A DNA stretch of 32,000 nt from Mycobacterium leprae TN (GTDB lineage: Bacteria; Actinomycetota; Actinomycetes; Mycobacteriales; Mycobacteriaceae), in contig NC_002677.1 in NCBI RefSeq assembly GCF_000195855.1, positions 1,140,001 through 1,172,000 on the forward strand, given 5' to 3'. Below the pieces are notes generated by a model. That model ran no database searches. It worked only from the letters and a program-made list of their open reading frames with translations, and was not told where the DNA came from. A program made the translations under genes and the position numbers. Shown here piece after piece: positions 17,911 through 28,310 of the stretch (within the stretch, counting starts at the first letter, position 1; each line of letters starts with the position of its first letter).

Positions 17911-19342
17911 GTTCTGTGTGTAAACGCGTCAGCTTCGACTTCAGTCCACTGCCGCCATTGTTCGGCCTTGGCCTCTTAGGCTTCTTGGATCCGGCCGGCC
18001 GCTAATGCCTTGCGGGCTTGCCGTTCGAACTGCTCGGCCCGGGTTTGGAATTGTTCGGCGCGGTCCTGCGCCTGGAGATCGGACCAACCCGATTCACCGG
18101 CGTTGCGCACTTTTTTCTCGATGGCGCGCAGCCTTTGCTCCAACTTAGCGGACTGTTACCGGGAGGACCCGGTCGATCGCGTTCCATTTTTTGATGATGA
18201 TGATCGAGTGCAGCGCTGTTCTCGCGGCTTCGTGGTTGGCAGTGTCGAGTTTTTCTGCTTCAGCCAGCAACGTCTCTTTAGCGATGGCATTGGCCTGCAA
18301 CTCGGCGTCTTTTTTCGCTGACGCGGCATTGCGAGCCGCGAATAAAGTAATCCTGGGCCGCTTTGAAGCGGCGCCACAGGGCATCGTCGATTTCCCGGGT
18401 TGTTTTTCCAACAGTCTTCCATTCGGCGAGCAGCTTTCGGAATTCCGAACTTGTGGTGGCCCATTCGGTGGAGTTGGACAGCTTTTCGGCCCGTTAGCAG
18501 AGCCGTTCCTTGGATTGCTTGATGCCAGTACGCTCCCAGTCGAACTCGGAGAAATGTGATCCCCGTCGCCGCTTGAAGGTTTCTCGGGCCGCCGAATAGC
18601 GCTTCCACAACGCGTCGTTGACCTTTCGGTCCAGGCCGCTGATTGTCTTCCATTCTTCGAGGATCGTGCGTAGCCGGTTGCCGGCGACTTTCCAGTGGGT
18701 TGAGTATGGCGGCCAGATCTTCGGCCTCGTCAGCCAGTGCCTCCTTGCGCGCGGTCTGCGTGGCACGACGCTCGTCGCGTCGAGAGTGATCTGCGACGAC
18801 GATAACGTCGACGCGTGCCAGCAGGTTCGCCAATCGGGTCGCGAGCTCGTCGACGTCACCCAATAAGCATGCCGTTGGCAACGTCTCGGCCAGCGCTGCT
18901 GCATTGGCCTTGATCTTGCGGGCATCGCTGGTCCCCGATGCTAGCCGTTCCTCCATCAGCGTGATTTCGGTGCTCACATCGTCGAATCGGCGGCCGAAAT
19001 GGGCAAATGCGGCTTCGCCGGTCACCGGCTTGCCAGGAGCCGATTATGCGTTCACCAGCCGCGCTTGATCAGCCACACTGTGCCGTCGTTATCCACGCGT
19101 CCGAATCGGTGTGGGTCGTTGGGCGGGAACCTTGCCATCGGGTGGGTGGTGGGTCGCGGCATAGGCCGGGGACCGGGACGTGGCATCGGCTTGGGCGAAT
19201 CGTTGGTCCGGGATGCGTCGGCCGTTATGTGTTGGTTACCTACCCTTTGCCACTCTTTGCGCGATCGTTGTCTCGCGCTTCTGCCGCGTGTAGCGGCATC
19301 TTGCACGGTCGGGGACCCTTGGTGTGGCTTGGTAGCTGTCAT
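17907..19342 (-). pseudogene. DUF349-repeat alanine/arginine-rich protein pseudogene (Rv2731-like)
   Basis: The N-terminal piece ..[33 protein letters not shown] (ORF 19052..19342) ends in a stop. Later pieces lie in other frames: [28 protein letters not shown]; [44 protein letters not shown]; [34 protein letters not shown]. The last two are repeats of the DUF349 W-K..D..LW.RF pattern. The C-terminus carries an in-frame TAA before AKAEQWRQW. There are multiple frameshifts. Confidence 0.8.
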
Positions 19343-20810
19343 CCCCGACCCCCAATACCGTTCCTAACATTATTTAAGCAGCTTGGCGGACTGTACGCTG
19401 TCACCATTTTTCGGTGTTGGTCTGGCTTCCTGGGGCGGCGGCTTCGCGAAGGGTTCGAGTGGCGGATAGCTAAGGCTTTTCCATCAGCCGTAGAGTTGGT
19501 CGAGGTTGGGTCCTGCTGGATCTTCTTGGACAAGACCGATCATCAGTTCGTCCGCCGTTGATCTATACCAGCGCCGGGTTGCTGTCTTAGACTACGCAAA
19601 AGACCATGCCGCCTAGTTGTGGGGTTACTGGGGCAGTGCCAACTGGTTGGTGACCTAGGTTCTCCGAGACAGTCCACCACGATGTTCGGTGCGCAGGATC
19701 CCGTCGAAGAAGTGGCGCGATATTTTAGGTCGCCCCGAACACTGTGTAGATCGCTCTGGACGGGGCGCCGGCATGGCACGGTTCTTATCGCCATAAAACC
19801 CTGGCAGTTCTTTCGACCAGGCGCATGTCCGGGTACAGCTGTCCGGTTGATTGTGCCGTAGTTATGGATGGACACCACATGCGGTTCCTGCAATCTACCG
19901 GTTTTGCGGGGCTTTCGTGTTGCATGCGCATGCGAAATACTGGTTCGTAGCTAGAGCGCTTTCGACATCAGCTATAGCTCCACCACCTACTGTCGTACGG
20001 TGTTGATGGCCCTCGCTATGCCGTCTTGACTCAGTTGCCGCTTGAGTGTAAGAGGGCTCAGATTAGGCCCCCATTCGCGAACCACGCACGGTGGCGTTCA
20101 TTGCTGCCTACTTAACCAACAGGCAAATCGCACTAATAAAGCACCCTTGCCGGCCGACCTATCTACCGCAATATTCTGGTCTAGTAACATAATGGTAATT
20201 TTACATCAATCTGGGCGCACGAAAAATTTCATACCCGAAACCGTCTCGTTAGCTATGGCAAGTGAAAACTATGCTCGGTTAACGGCAATGCGGTGATCCA
20301 AGGAGTTGACCTGTCCGATTTTCTTGGCGCGACCAGATGTCGTCCATTAAGATATTCATGTGTTGTCGAGCAAATTTTTTCAGATTGATTTTAGCGGCCG
20401 GCACCGCGGCCTCAACCGGTGCCTGCAGTGGCTAAACGTGACTGACCCGCAGCTGTCGGATCCCGTTTTGCGTTACGTGGTGCATCCGGCCGAGACGAGC
20501 AGCTGCACTAGCCGGGATTATTTATGTTACAGGGGGCCTTACCAAGGGCCAGGAAAGCAGGAATGGGTTGGGTACGCTAATGGTCGCCGCCACGGCAATC
20601 AGCGGTTTGCGGTCCGTAAATCCCTACGCCGGTGGCAAAGCAATCTAATTTGAAGGGAAAGTCTCGTTGTGTCCCTTATCTAGCGCGCAGGAGTCATTAT
20701 TGGACCGTTGCTTAACCGAAGCGTTATCTGGCGGTTTCGGGATGGATGTCAGTGGGAGGTCGCCCATAGCCAACTTCCACATTGCAGCGTGGCTCGCCTT
20801 GGCTGTCGCG

Positions 20811-20892
20811 CTGGTCATCGGTGTCGGGTTATGTGATCCTGCCAGTAGTCCGCGCAGCAGGTCACCGACGAGGAGGTCGGCCACCTCACGCT
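20811..20892. repeat. Copy A of a diverged duplicated segment (paralogue of 21889-21968)
   Basis: A by-eye alignment gives about 70% identity over about 80 nt. The clearest block is 31 of 45 positions identical (gtccgcgcagcaggtcaccgacgaggaggtcggccacctcacgct versus gtccgcataggagattaccgacaaacagattggtcaccttgagct). On the - strand both copies start ORFs: MADLLVGDLLRGLL and MTNLFVGNLLCGLL. Confidence 0.55.
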
Positions 20893-21149
20893 ATTCATTC
20901 CATCTCTTGCTGCTCCATACTCTTGCTGCGCTACGCCTAGTCTAGTGGTGGTTGGGCAGTGCAGTGATCCTTTTTAGTTTTAGCCTGCAGGCTGCAGCCC
21001 GGGCGTTGGATTCGGTGGTGTTAGTTGCAGTCGTTGCAAGCCACGGTATTGCTGTTCACACTACCGATCGGTGGTGTGGCTGAATCATCATCGTTTGACC
21101 GCCTAAGAGTAGCTGTGGGCGGTGTTTCGTCGAGTCGGTAGCGGGTTTA

Positions 21150-22385
21150 ATCGTCATGGCAGGTATCCTGCTGATTGGTCGGGTATGTGCTCTCTTGTCG
21201 ATGTGGGCCGGGGTTGCTATGGCGATCGTTTCGGCGTTGTTGTTACTGTGCGTAGTGGGAGCCCGGGTCTGCTCGGGTGCGGTATCCGCGGTGCTGTTCT
21301 GCTGGCAGCAGTGGCCTGGCTGGTCGTGTTCACGGTGTTGAACCAAAGCAGTGGTGACGGAGTTCAGCAAGGGTTGCTTGACCCTGATGCGTTACCCCCG
21401 AGTTGTATACTTGGCTCTTGGTCTTGCCGATCGCCTGATATTTCAACAGTCGCCGTTGTGTGCGTGCTGACCACCTCCTTACCGACAATAACGTTGGTCA
21501 GGCCGGGTTATTGCTTAGGTGCTGGGGGCACTGTGCTGGGTGAGGCTCTGCTACACCCATCGGGTGGTGGTGTCCGTGCTAGCCGGTTGCGGTGGTTGTC
21601 GTGACTGTAACCCTGGCCTGCGACGAAGCCGTCATAATCGAGGCCGGAAACCAGCGGAATGGGGCCGCCGGCCAGCTCGCCGTCTCCTAGGAGCCCGATC
21701 GGACGCTGACTCATCATGGCCTGACTGGGTGACTAGCAAATCGATTCCGACTGTCTCACGGTTGGTACGACGACTTCGCTGAATACGGTACTGTGTCGGA
21801 AAATGTCGTGTTACTCGGATTTTTCGATGTTCTGGGGTCGGACGGGGAAGGAGCCCTGTAGCAAAGGGGAAATACCGGCGTTGCTCGCTCTGGTATCGGA
21901 CATCGGTGATGTGGTCCGTCAGCAGTCCGCATAGGAGATTACCGACAAACAGATTGGTCACCTTGAGCTGTTCCGCTTGTCAGTGCGCGAAGGCCGGTAG
22001 GTAGCAGGGCGATCGGCAATTAAGCGTTGCAGGCAGCAACACTAGCGCTGGGGTTGGTGATGCTGGTGACGGGCGCTGCAGTTGACCGTACTGCTGTTTG
22101 CGTTGCTGATCTGCGCCCGTCTGACCCGATGCCCGATAATTCGCTGTGAGTGGACCTGGGTGGTGCTGCTGGCCGTCGTCGCTGGCAGGGATGATTTTTC
22201 ACCGTCGTCATTCTGGGCCGGTTTGCTGACCGCATCGTTGCCGACAGCGGTCGTGGTTCAATCGTTGGTTGGGATCGATGCTGGGCATTGTCGTGCTCGG
22301 TGAGACGCTCGACACTCGACGTCTGTGCTTGTTGCGGGAGTTTTGCTGGTGATCATCGCGACCGTGTCGTTGGCCCATGGCTAGG
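21150..22385 (+). pseudogene. Integral membrane protein pseudogene (position matches Rv2729c; DMT/EamA-like C-terminal pattern)
   Basis: Hydrophobic + strand fragments lie in several frames: MAGILLIGRVCALLSMWAGVAMAIVSALLLL, LGAGGTVLGEALLHPSGGG, LVMLVTGAAV, MLGIVVLGETLDTRRL and VLVAGVLLVIIATVSLAHG followed by a stop at about 22383. About 350 nt in the middle (about 21610-21965) do not fit and contain repeat copy B. Confidence 0.4.
21889..21968. repeat. Copy B of the diverged duplicated segment (paralogue of 20811-20892)
   Basis: See copy A. Many of the differences are G/C in copy A versus A/T in copy B. Confidence 0.55.
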
Positions 22386-22619
22386 TCGAATCCATATCGA
22401 AGTAAGATGGGGAAGAAACTCTCCAGAAAAACGTCGGGGGGAGGGTGACCTTGGGGGACGAAGGGTTAAAGTCACCGACCTGCGTGGCGCACTCGAGTTT
22501 CGGTTTGGGCTAAGACCCCGTTTGGTGCACAGCAGATCAGTCTGCCTCGTTTGTTGCGTTCGAAACCGCAGTACCAACGGCGTCGATGCATTGCATCGCT
22601 GAGACGTTAGTTTGGTGGT

Positions 22620-23318
22620 GTGCTGAGCGCTATCGCGATCGTTCCGTCCGCCCCGGTACTTGTTCCCGAGCTCACTGGAGCGGCAGCTGCCGAAGTGGCC
22701 GACCTAAGGTCCGCGGTGCTGGCGGTGGCCGCCTGCTTGCCCCCGTGTTGGATTGTTGTCGGAACGGGTCGCGCAGACGACGTCGTGGGTCCCGGGGGCT
22801 GCCTGGGCACTTTCGCGGGCTTTGGTGCCGACGTGCGGGTTCGGCTGTCACCGCAGGTCGGTGGCGAGGCTGAGCTGCTGGTTGACTTCCCGGTGTGTGC
22901 ACTGATCGCCGCCTGGGTGCGGGGCCAGTCCCAGCTGGACGCCAGTGCGCAGGTGCGGGTGTATTGTGGTGACCACGATCCCGACATGGCGTTGGCCTGC
23001 GGCAGGCAATTGCGCGTCGAGATTGAGCAGGCACCCGATCCGATCGGAGTATTGGTCGTCGCTGACGGCGCTACCACCTTGACGTCGAGTTCCCCCGGTG
23101 GCTATGACCCTAGTGCCGCCGATGCCGAGCTAGTCCTCGATGACGCCCTGGCAAGCGGCGACGTCGCGGCTTTGACCCGGCTGTCTTGTCAGATCTCGGG
23201 GCGAGTGGCATTCCAGGTGTTGGCCGGTTTGGTCGAGCCAGGGCCTAGATTGGCGAAGGAGTTATACCGGGGAGCACCCTACGGTGTGGGATATTTCGTT
23301 GGTGTCTGGCAGCCATGA
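22620..23318 (+). CDS. Conserved alanine-rich hypothetical protein (Rv2728c-like)
   Basis: The 232-aa ORF is intact from a GTG start and reads [33 protein letters not shown].... Its stop overlaps the miaA start (ATGA at 23315-23318). Confidence 0.7.
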   Translation: MLSAIAIVPSAPVLVPELTGAAAAEVADLRSAVLAVAACLPPCWIVVGTGRADDVVGPGGCLGTFAGFGADVRVRLSPQVGGEAELLVDFPVCALIAAWVRGQSQLDASAQVRVYCGDHDPDMALACGRQLRVEIEQAPDPIGVLVVADGATTLTSSSPGGYDPSAADAELVLDDALASGDVAALTRLSCQISGRVAFQVLAGLVEPGPRLAKELYRGAPYGVGYFVGVWQP

Positions 23319-24250
23319 GGCCACTTGCGATTGTCGGTCCGACGGGTGTTGGCAAGTCGGAACTGGCCCTCGACGTCATCGAGCGACTTGGCGGCCAGGT
23401 TAGCGTGGAGATCGTCAATGCTGATGCGATGCAGCTCTATCGCGGTATGGACATTGGCACAGCGAAGTTGCCCGTCGCGGCACGTCGAGGGATCCCGCAC
23501 CATCAACTTGACGTCCTGGACGTCACCGAGACTGCGACGGTTGCCAGCTATCAGCGGACTGCTGCCGCCGATATCGAGGCGATCGCGGCACGTGGAGCGG
23601 TGCCGGTCGTGGTGGGTGGTTCGATGCTCTATGTCCAGTCGCTGCTCGACGACTGGTCGTTTCCGGGGACCGATCCGGCCGTGCGCGTGAGGTGGGAGCA
23701 GCAACTTGCCGAGGTCGGAGTGGTTAGGCTGCACGCGGAACTGGCCCGTCGTGACCTGGCAGCAGCTGCGGCAATCCTGCCTACCGATGGCCGGCGCACT
23801 GTGCGGGCACTTGAGGTGGTCGAACTCACTGGAAAGCCCTTCGCCGCGTCCGCGCCGCGCATCGGTGCTCCTCGGTGGGACACTGTGATCGTCGGGTTAG
23901 ATTGTGACAGAACGATTCTCAGTGAGAGATTGGCGCGGCGCATTGACTCGATGTTCGGGCAAGGTCTGGTAGATGAGGTACGCATGCTGTTACGCTGGGG
24001 CCTGCGCGACGGGGTCACTGCCTCACGTGCGCTGGGATACGCTCAAGTGCTCACGGCACTTGACGCTGGAGGGGATGCCGACCATTTGGATGAGGCGCGT
24101 CAGCAGACATACTTGGGTCATCGACGCTATGCGCGACGGCAGCGGTCGTGGTTTCATCGAGATCACCGAGTGCACTGGCTCGACGTGGGTACAGTCGATC
24201 GCGTTGGGGTCGTCGACGACGCTTTACGGGTGTGGCGTAACGCATCCTGA
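23315..24250 (+). CDS. miaA: tRNA dimethylallyltransferase MiaA
   Basis: The ORF is 311 aa. It has the P-loop [13 protein letters not shown] and the IPPT family blocks [13 protein letters not shown] and [13 protein letters not shown]. Confidence 0.95.
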   Translation: MRPLAIVGPTGVGKSELALDVIERLGGQVSVEIVNADAMQLYRGMDIGTAKLPVAARRGIPHHQLDVLDVTETATVASYQRTAAADIEAIAARGAVPVVVGGSMLYVQSLLDDWSFPGTDPAVRVRWEQQLAEVGVVRLHAELARRDLAAAAAILPTDGRRTVRALEVVELTGKPFAASAPRIGAPRWDTVIVGLDCDRTILSERLARRIDSMFGQGLVDEVRMLLRWGLRDGVTASRALGYAQVLTALDAGGDADHLDEARQQTYLGHRRYARRQRSWFHRDHRVHWLDVGTVDRVGVVDDALRVWRNAS

Positions 24251-24316
24251 TCTAGGTTATCCGTTTATCCGTGCCGGCGACGATGCAGAGCGCAGCGATG
24301 AGGTGGAGCGGCGTAC

Positions 24317-25207
24317 ATGATCTTCGCCAAGGGGCACGGCACCCAAAATGACTTTGTGGTGTTGCCTGATGTCGAGGCTGATGTGACGTTCACCGCTGCC
24401 CAGGTCGCTGCATTGTGCAACCGGCGCCAAGGACTGGGCGCTGACGGGGTGCTCCGGGTGACTACCGCGGGCGCAGCAGTGACGGCCGGTGTGCTCGAGC
24501 ACCTGCCTGACGGTGTCAGCTGCTCCGACTGGTACATGGATTACCGCAACGCCGACGGGTCGGTGGCGCAGATGTGTGGCAACGGTGTGCGGGTGTTCGC
24601 GCATTACCTGCGCGCCAGCGGCTTGGAGTCTTGCGATGAGTTCGTCGTTGGCTCATTGGCTGGCCCGCGACTGGTTAACGTGCACCATGTCGACGAGCTC
24701 AACGCCGACGTCACAGTCGACATGGGCAAGGCAAACTTGCTGGGCAGTGGGGGGCCGGCCTTTGCGGTTACTGTCGGCGGGAGGCGATTTTCCGGCGTAG
24801 CGGTAGACGTGGGTAACCCACACCTGGCGTGCATGGATCCGCAGCTGAGTTTGGAAGAGCTCGCAGCTCTAGACTTGGGTGCGCCGGTCCACCTCGACCG
24901 TGTGCAGTTTCCAGACGGGGTCAATATCGAAGTGCTCACCGCACCGGTCGACGGAATGGTCCAGATGCGAGTCCACGAGCGCGGGGTGGGTGAAACTCGG
25001 TCATGCGGTACCGGAACTGTCGCGGCCGCGGTCGCTGCGCTGGCAAGTGCTGGCGCCGACACCGGGACGCTTACTGTGAGGGTGCCGGGTGGCGACGTTG
25101 TCATAACTATCACTGACGTGACCAGCTACTTGCGTGGACCATCGGTGTTAGTGGCGCACGGCGAGCTCGCGGACGCCTGGTGGTACTCGTTGGCGCGCAG
25201 CTGTTAA
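24317..25207 (+). CDS. dapF: Diaminopimelate epimerase DapF
   Basis: The ORF is 296 aa. It reads [14 protein letters not shown], and the catalytic Cys motifs are [13 protein letters not shown] and [10 protein letters not shown]. Confidence 0.95.
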   Translation: MIFAKGHGTQNDFVVLPDVEADVTFTAAQVAALCNRRQGLGADGVLRVTTAGAAVTAGVLEHLPDGVSCSDWYMDYRNADGSVAQMCGNGVRVFAHYLRASGLESCDEFVVGSLAGPRLVNVHHVDELNADVTVDMGKANLLGSGGPAFAVTVGGRRFSGVAVDVGNPHLACMDPQLSLEELAALDLGAPVHLDRVQFPDGVNIEVLTAPVDGMVQMRVHERGVGETRSCGTGTVAAAVAALASAGADTGTLTVRVPGGDVVITITDVTSYLRGPSVLVAHGELADAWWYSLARSC

Positions 25208-25269
25208 ATGTTGCGGGAATTTATTCGGATGCGCGCCCAGCTACGAAGTGCCACCATCGGATACTGGCT

Positions 25270-26736
25270 ATGAAATATCCAGATTCGTCCGATAGGGGCT
25301 CTGCAGACTTTCCGGATCTCTGGGACTCGTCAGACTCGGTGCCTAGCACCGGTGAGCTTGCCCTTCATGACCGATTGGCGCTGCGCCGGATTGCCGGGCT
25401 GTCCACCGAACTCGCTGATGTTTCCGAGGTCGAGTACCGCCAACTGCGGCTGGAACGGGTGGTGTTGGTTGGTGTGTGGACCGAGGGCAGCGCGGCCGAC
25501 AATCAGGCCAGCATGGCCGAACTTGCGACCCTGGCCGAAACCGCCGGTTCGCAGGTTCTCGAAGGTCTCATCCAACGTCGCGATCGGCCCGATCCGTCGA
25601 CCTACATCGGTTCTGGCAAGGCGGCTGAATTGCGTGAGGTGGTGCTGGCCACCGGCGCCGACACCGTCATCTGCGACGGTGAACTGTCCCCTGCGCAGTT
25701 GACCGCGCTGGAGAAGGCGGTCAAGGTGAAGGTCATCGACCGCACCGCGCTGATCCTTGACATTTTTGCTCAGCACGCGACCAGCCGGGAAGGCAAAGCC
25801 CAGGTGTTGTTGGCTCAGATGGCTTATATGCTACCGCGGCTACGCGGCTGGGGTGAGTCGATGTCACGTCAGGTTGGTGGTCGAGCCGGTGGCAGTGGCG
25901 GAGGAGTGGGCTTGCGAGGTCCCGGTGAGACCAAAATTGAGACCGACCGACGTAGAATCCGGGAACGGATGGCCAAGCTGCGTCGGGATATCGGCGCTAT
26001 GAAGCAGGCCCGCGACACCCAGCGCAGCCGCCGGTTGCACAGCGACATTCCGTCGATCGCTATCGTCGGCTATACCAATGCCGGCAAGTCCAGTGTGCTG
26101 AATGCGCTGACCGGGGCGTGGGTGCTAGTGCAGGACGCGTTGTTCGTCACCCTAGAACCCACCACCCGGCACGCAGAATTCGATAACGGTCAGCCGTTCG
26201 TGTTCACCGACACCGTGGGGTTCGTTCGCCATCTGCCTACTCAGCTGGTCGAAGCATTCCGTTCCACACTGGAGGAGGTCGTTGACGCCGACCTGTTATT
26301 GCATGTCGTCGACGGCTCAGATGCCAACCCGTTGGCTCAGATCAATGCTGTCCGTCAGGTGATCTTTGAGGTTATTTCCGATCACCAGGACGGTGGCGTG
26401 GAGGTGCCGCATGAGCTGTTGGTGGTCAACAAGATCGACGCCGCAAGCGCTCTGATGTTGGCCAAGCTTCGTCACGGGTTGCCAGGCGCCGTGTTCATCT
26501 CCGCTCGCACCGGGGACGGTATCGACGTGTTGCGGCGACGGATAGCCGAGCTCGTTGTGGCCACCGACACCGCTGTAGACGTGGTGATCCCGTACGACCG
26601 TGGTGATCTGGTGGCTCGCCTGCACGCTAACGGGCGCGTTCAGCAGGCAGAGCACAATTCGAACGGCACCCGGATCAAGGCCCGGGTTCCCGTGGCGTTG
26701 GCCGCCTGCTTACAGGAGTTTTCGGCCGACCGATAG
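25270..26736 (+). CDS. hflX: GTPase HflX
   Basis: The HflX N-domain reads ELATLAETAGSQVLEG..VICDGELSPAQLTALEKA. G1 is GYTNAGKSS, G3 is DTVGF and G4 is NKID. I chose the ATG at 25270. The ORF-track start at 25180 overlaps dapF and reads as nonsense. Confidence 0.92.
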   Translation: MKYPDSSDRGSADFPDLWDSSDSVPSTGELALHDRLALRRIAGLSTELADVSEVEYRQLRLERVVLVGVWTEGSAADNQASMAELATLAETAGSQVLEGLIQRRDRPDPSTYIGSGKAAELREVVLATGADTVICDGELSPAQLTALEKAVKVKVIDRTALILDIFAQHATSREGKAQVLLAQMAYMLPRLRGWGESMSRQVGGRAGGSGGGVGLRGPGETKIETDRRRIRERMAKLRRDIGAMKQARDTQRSRRLHSDIPSIAIVGYTNAGKSSVLNALTGAWVLVQDALFVTLEPTTRHAEFDNGQPFVFTDTVGFVRHLPTQLVEAFRSTLEEVVDADLLLHVVDGSDANPLAQINAVRQVIFEVISDHQDGGVEVPHELLVVNKIDAASALMLAKLRHGLPGAVFISARTGDGIDVLRRRIAELVVATDTAVDVVIPYDRGDLVARLHANGRVQQAEHNSNGTRIKARVPVALAACLQEFSADR

Positions 26737-26892
26737 CTGTTGCCGGTCAGATGTCACCGGGTTCTTCATCCCCGCCGGTACGCGACGCATCGCTTGGTTA
26801 GCCAGTTGGTGGGTCGGGCGGCAAGTTGTTGACCAACCATCCGGTTTATGCACGTTGGGCTGCGAAGTTCCTGTTCGCTGGAGGGTCGTGTC

Positions 26893-28060
26893 ATGAGTGG
26901 TGCCATTAAGTACTAGCGCACTTTTCCAGCCTGACTATGAATTGTTTCGTGAGTTCTACTGCGGCTTCCTCGATCGCTACGTTGCGCCGTACTACGACGA
27001 ATGGAGGAAGGTGAAGATCGTCGATCGAGGTGGTGTGGCTCGAGGCCGGCAAACAGGACTTTCTCGGGGTGGCGGCGTCCGAGGAGTACGATAGAGGCGG
27101 TAACCCGGACTTTCTGTACAACACGATCATTACTGAGGAAACTAACGTCGAGGGGAGGGGTTACAGCGGCATCGTTTTCGGCTTACACAACGACATCGTG
27201 GCCTCGCACCTGCTGTGTCTGCCTGTTGAGGAGAAAAACAGTGCTGGTTGTCCAAGGTCTGCATCAGGGAACTGATCAGCGCGATGGCGATGACCGAATT
27301 GGGACCTGGCAGCTACTTGCAGGATATCAAGATTCGCGCAGTCAAACAGGGTGATCACTAAATACTCAATGGAGCAAAGACGTTCATCATCAACGGAATC
27401 AAGTCGATCTGGTGATCGTAATGGTGCAAAACAACTCGAATAAGGGCGTGCAGGTTCTTTCGCTTCTTGACAGCATGGAGCGCTTTGACCGCGGCCGCCA
27501 TTTAAACAAAATCGGACCGCTCGCGTGGGACACCGCGGAGCGGTCGTTTACCAACGTCCACGTTTCGACGGAAAATCTGTTTGGTTAGGAGAGGGTGGGG
27601 TCCATCTAATCTACCTGATGCAGAATCTGCAGCAGGAACGGATTTCGATTGCAATCATGGCAGCTTGGCGATGAATAGGATGCTGGAACAGACATTGCAA
27701 TACACCAAGGAGTACAAAGCTTTTTGGTAAGATAATTGGCAGCTTCCAGAACAGCCGATTCGTACTGGCCGGGTTGGCGACTGAGGCCATCGTGATGCGC
27801 ACGATGGTTGACGAGTTCATCTTCATCCATCTGCACCTCGAGAAGGAGCTAACCGCGGAACAGGTCACAATGGTGAAGTTGTGTGCCAGTGAGAGAAGCA
27901 GCCACAACTGATCGACCGTTGCCTTCAGCTGCACGGCGGGTACGGCTACATGAGCGAATACCTAGTTTACCGTGCCTATTTCGATACCTTGGTTCAGGCG
28001 AAGTATGGAAGGACCATCGAGATCATGAAGGAGATTATCGACCGGAGCCTCCGTGTCTAG
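26893..28060 (+). pseudogene. fadE20: Acyl-CoA dehydrogenase pseudogene (FadE20/Rv2724c-like)
   Basis: The ATG at 26893 gives MSGAIKY and then TAG at 26914-26916. ACAD blocks follow in shifting frames: LFQPDYELFREFYCGFLDRYVAPYYDEWRKVKIVDRG, WLEAGKQDFLGVAASEEY..GNPDFLYNTIITEE, AMAMTELGPGSYLQDIKIRAVKQGDH*ILNGAKTFIINGI, and IDRCLQLHGGYGYMSEYLVYRAYFDTLVQAKYGRTIEIMKEIIDRSL. The stop is at 28058-28060. Confidence 0.85.
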
Positions 28061-28310
28061 CGGACACCAATTTTAATTTCAGCTAGTTTCAATCTTCCGT
28101 TGCTACTGATCATGAAATAAATTGTTACGCAATTCTTCTTGTCGCTAGTCCCGACTTCCTTAGATAGTTGGAACATGGACCAAATAATTTCTATGTTGGC
28201 CAGTATAGATGTGGGATGGCCAGACTTGGGTTGTGTTATTGTGTGGTTCGGCGATTTGGGCGAGTTTGCTCAAGCGAACCGGGTTTGATGCACGCTATCG
28301 TTACGTGTGA

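Noticed and set aside
18156-19025. 289-aa minus-strand ORF as an intact gene
   Set aside because: Only its first about 110 codons read like the DUF349 protein. The rest is out of frame, and the true continuation is in ORFs 18494..18925 and 18145..18411. I treat it as part of one pseudogene.
19129-19200. A short proline-rich tandem pattern ([11 protein letters not shown] on the - strand) as a candidate repeat element
   Set aside because: It is part of the N-terminal low-complexity region of the DUF349 pseudogene, not an independent repeat.
22607-23077. 156-aa and 120-aa minus-strand ORFs
   Set aside because: They are antisense to the intact Rv2728c-like gene and are low-complexity.
24604-25113. 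169-aa minus-strand ORF
   Set aside because: It is antisense to dapF.
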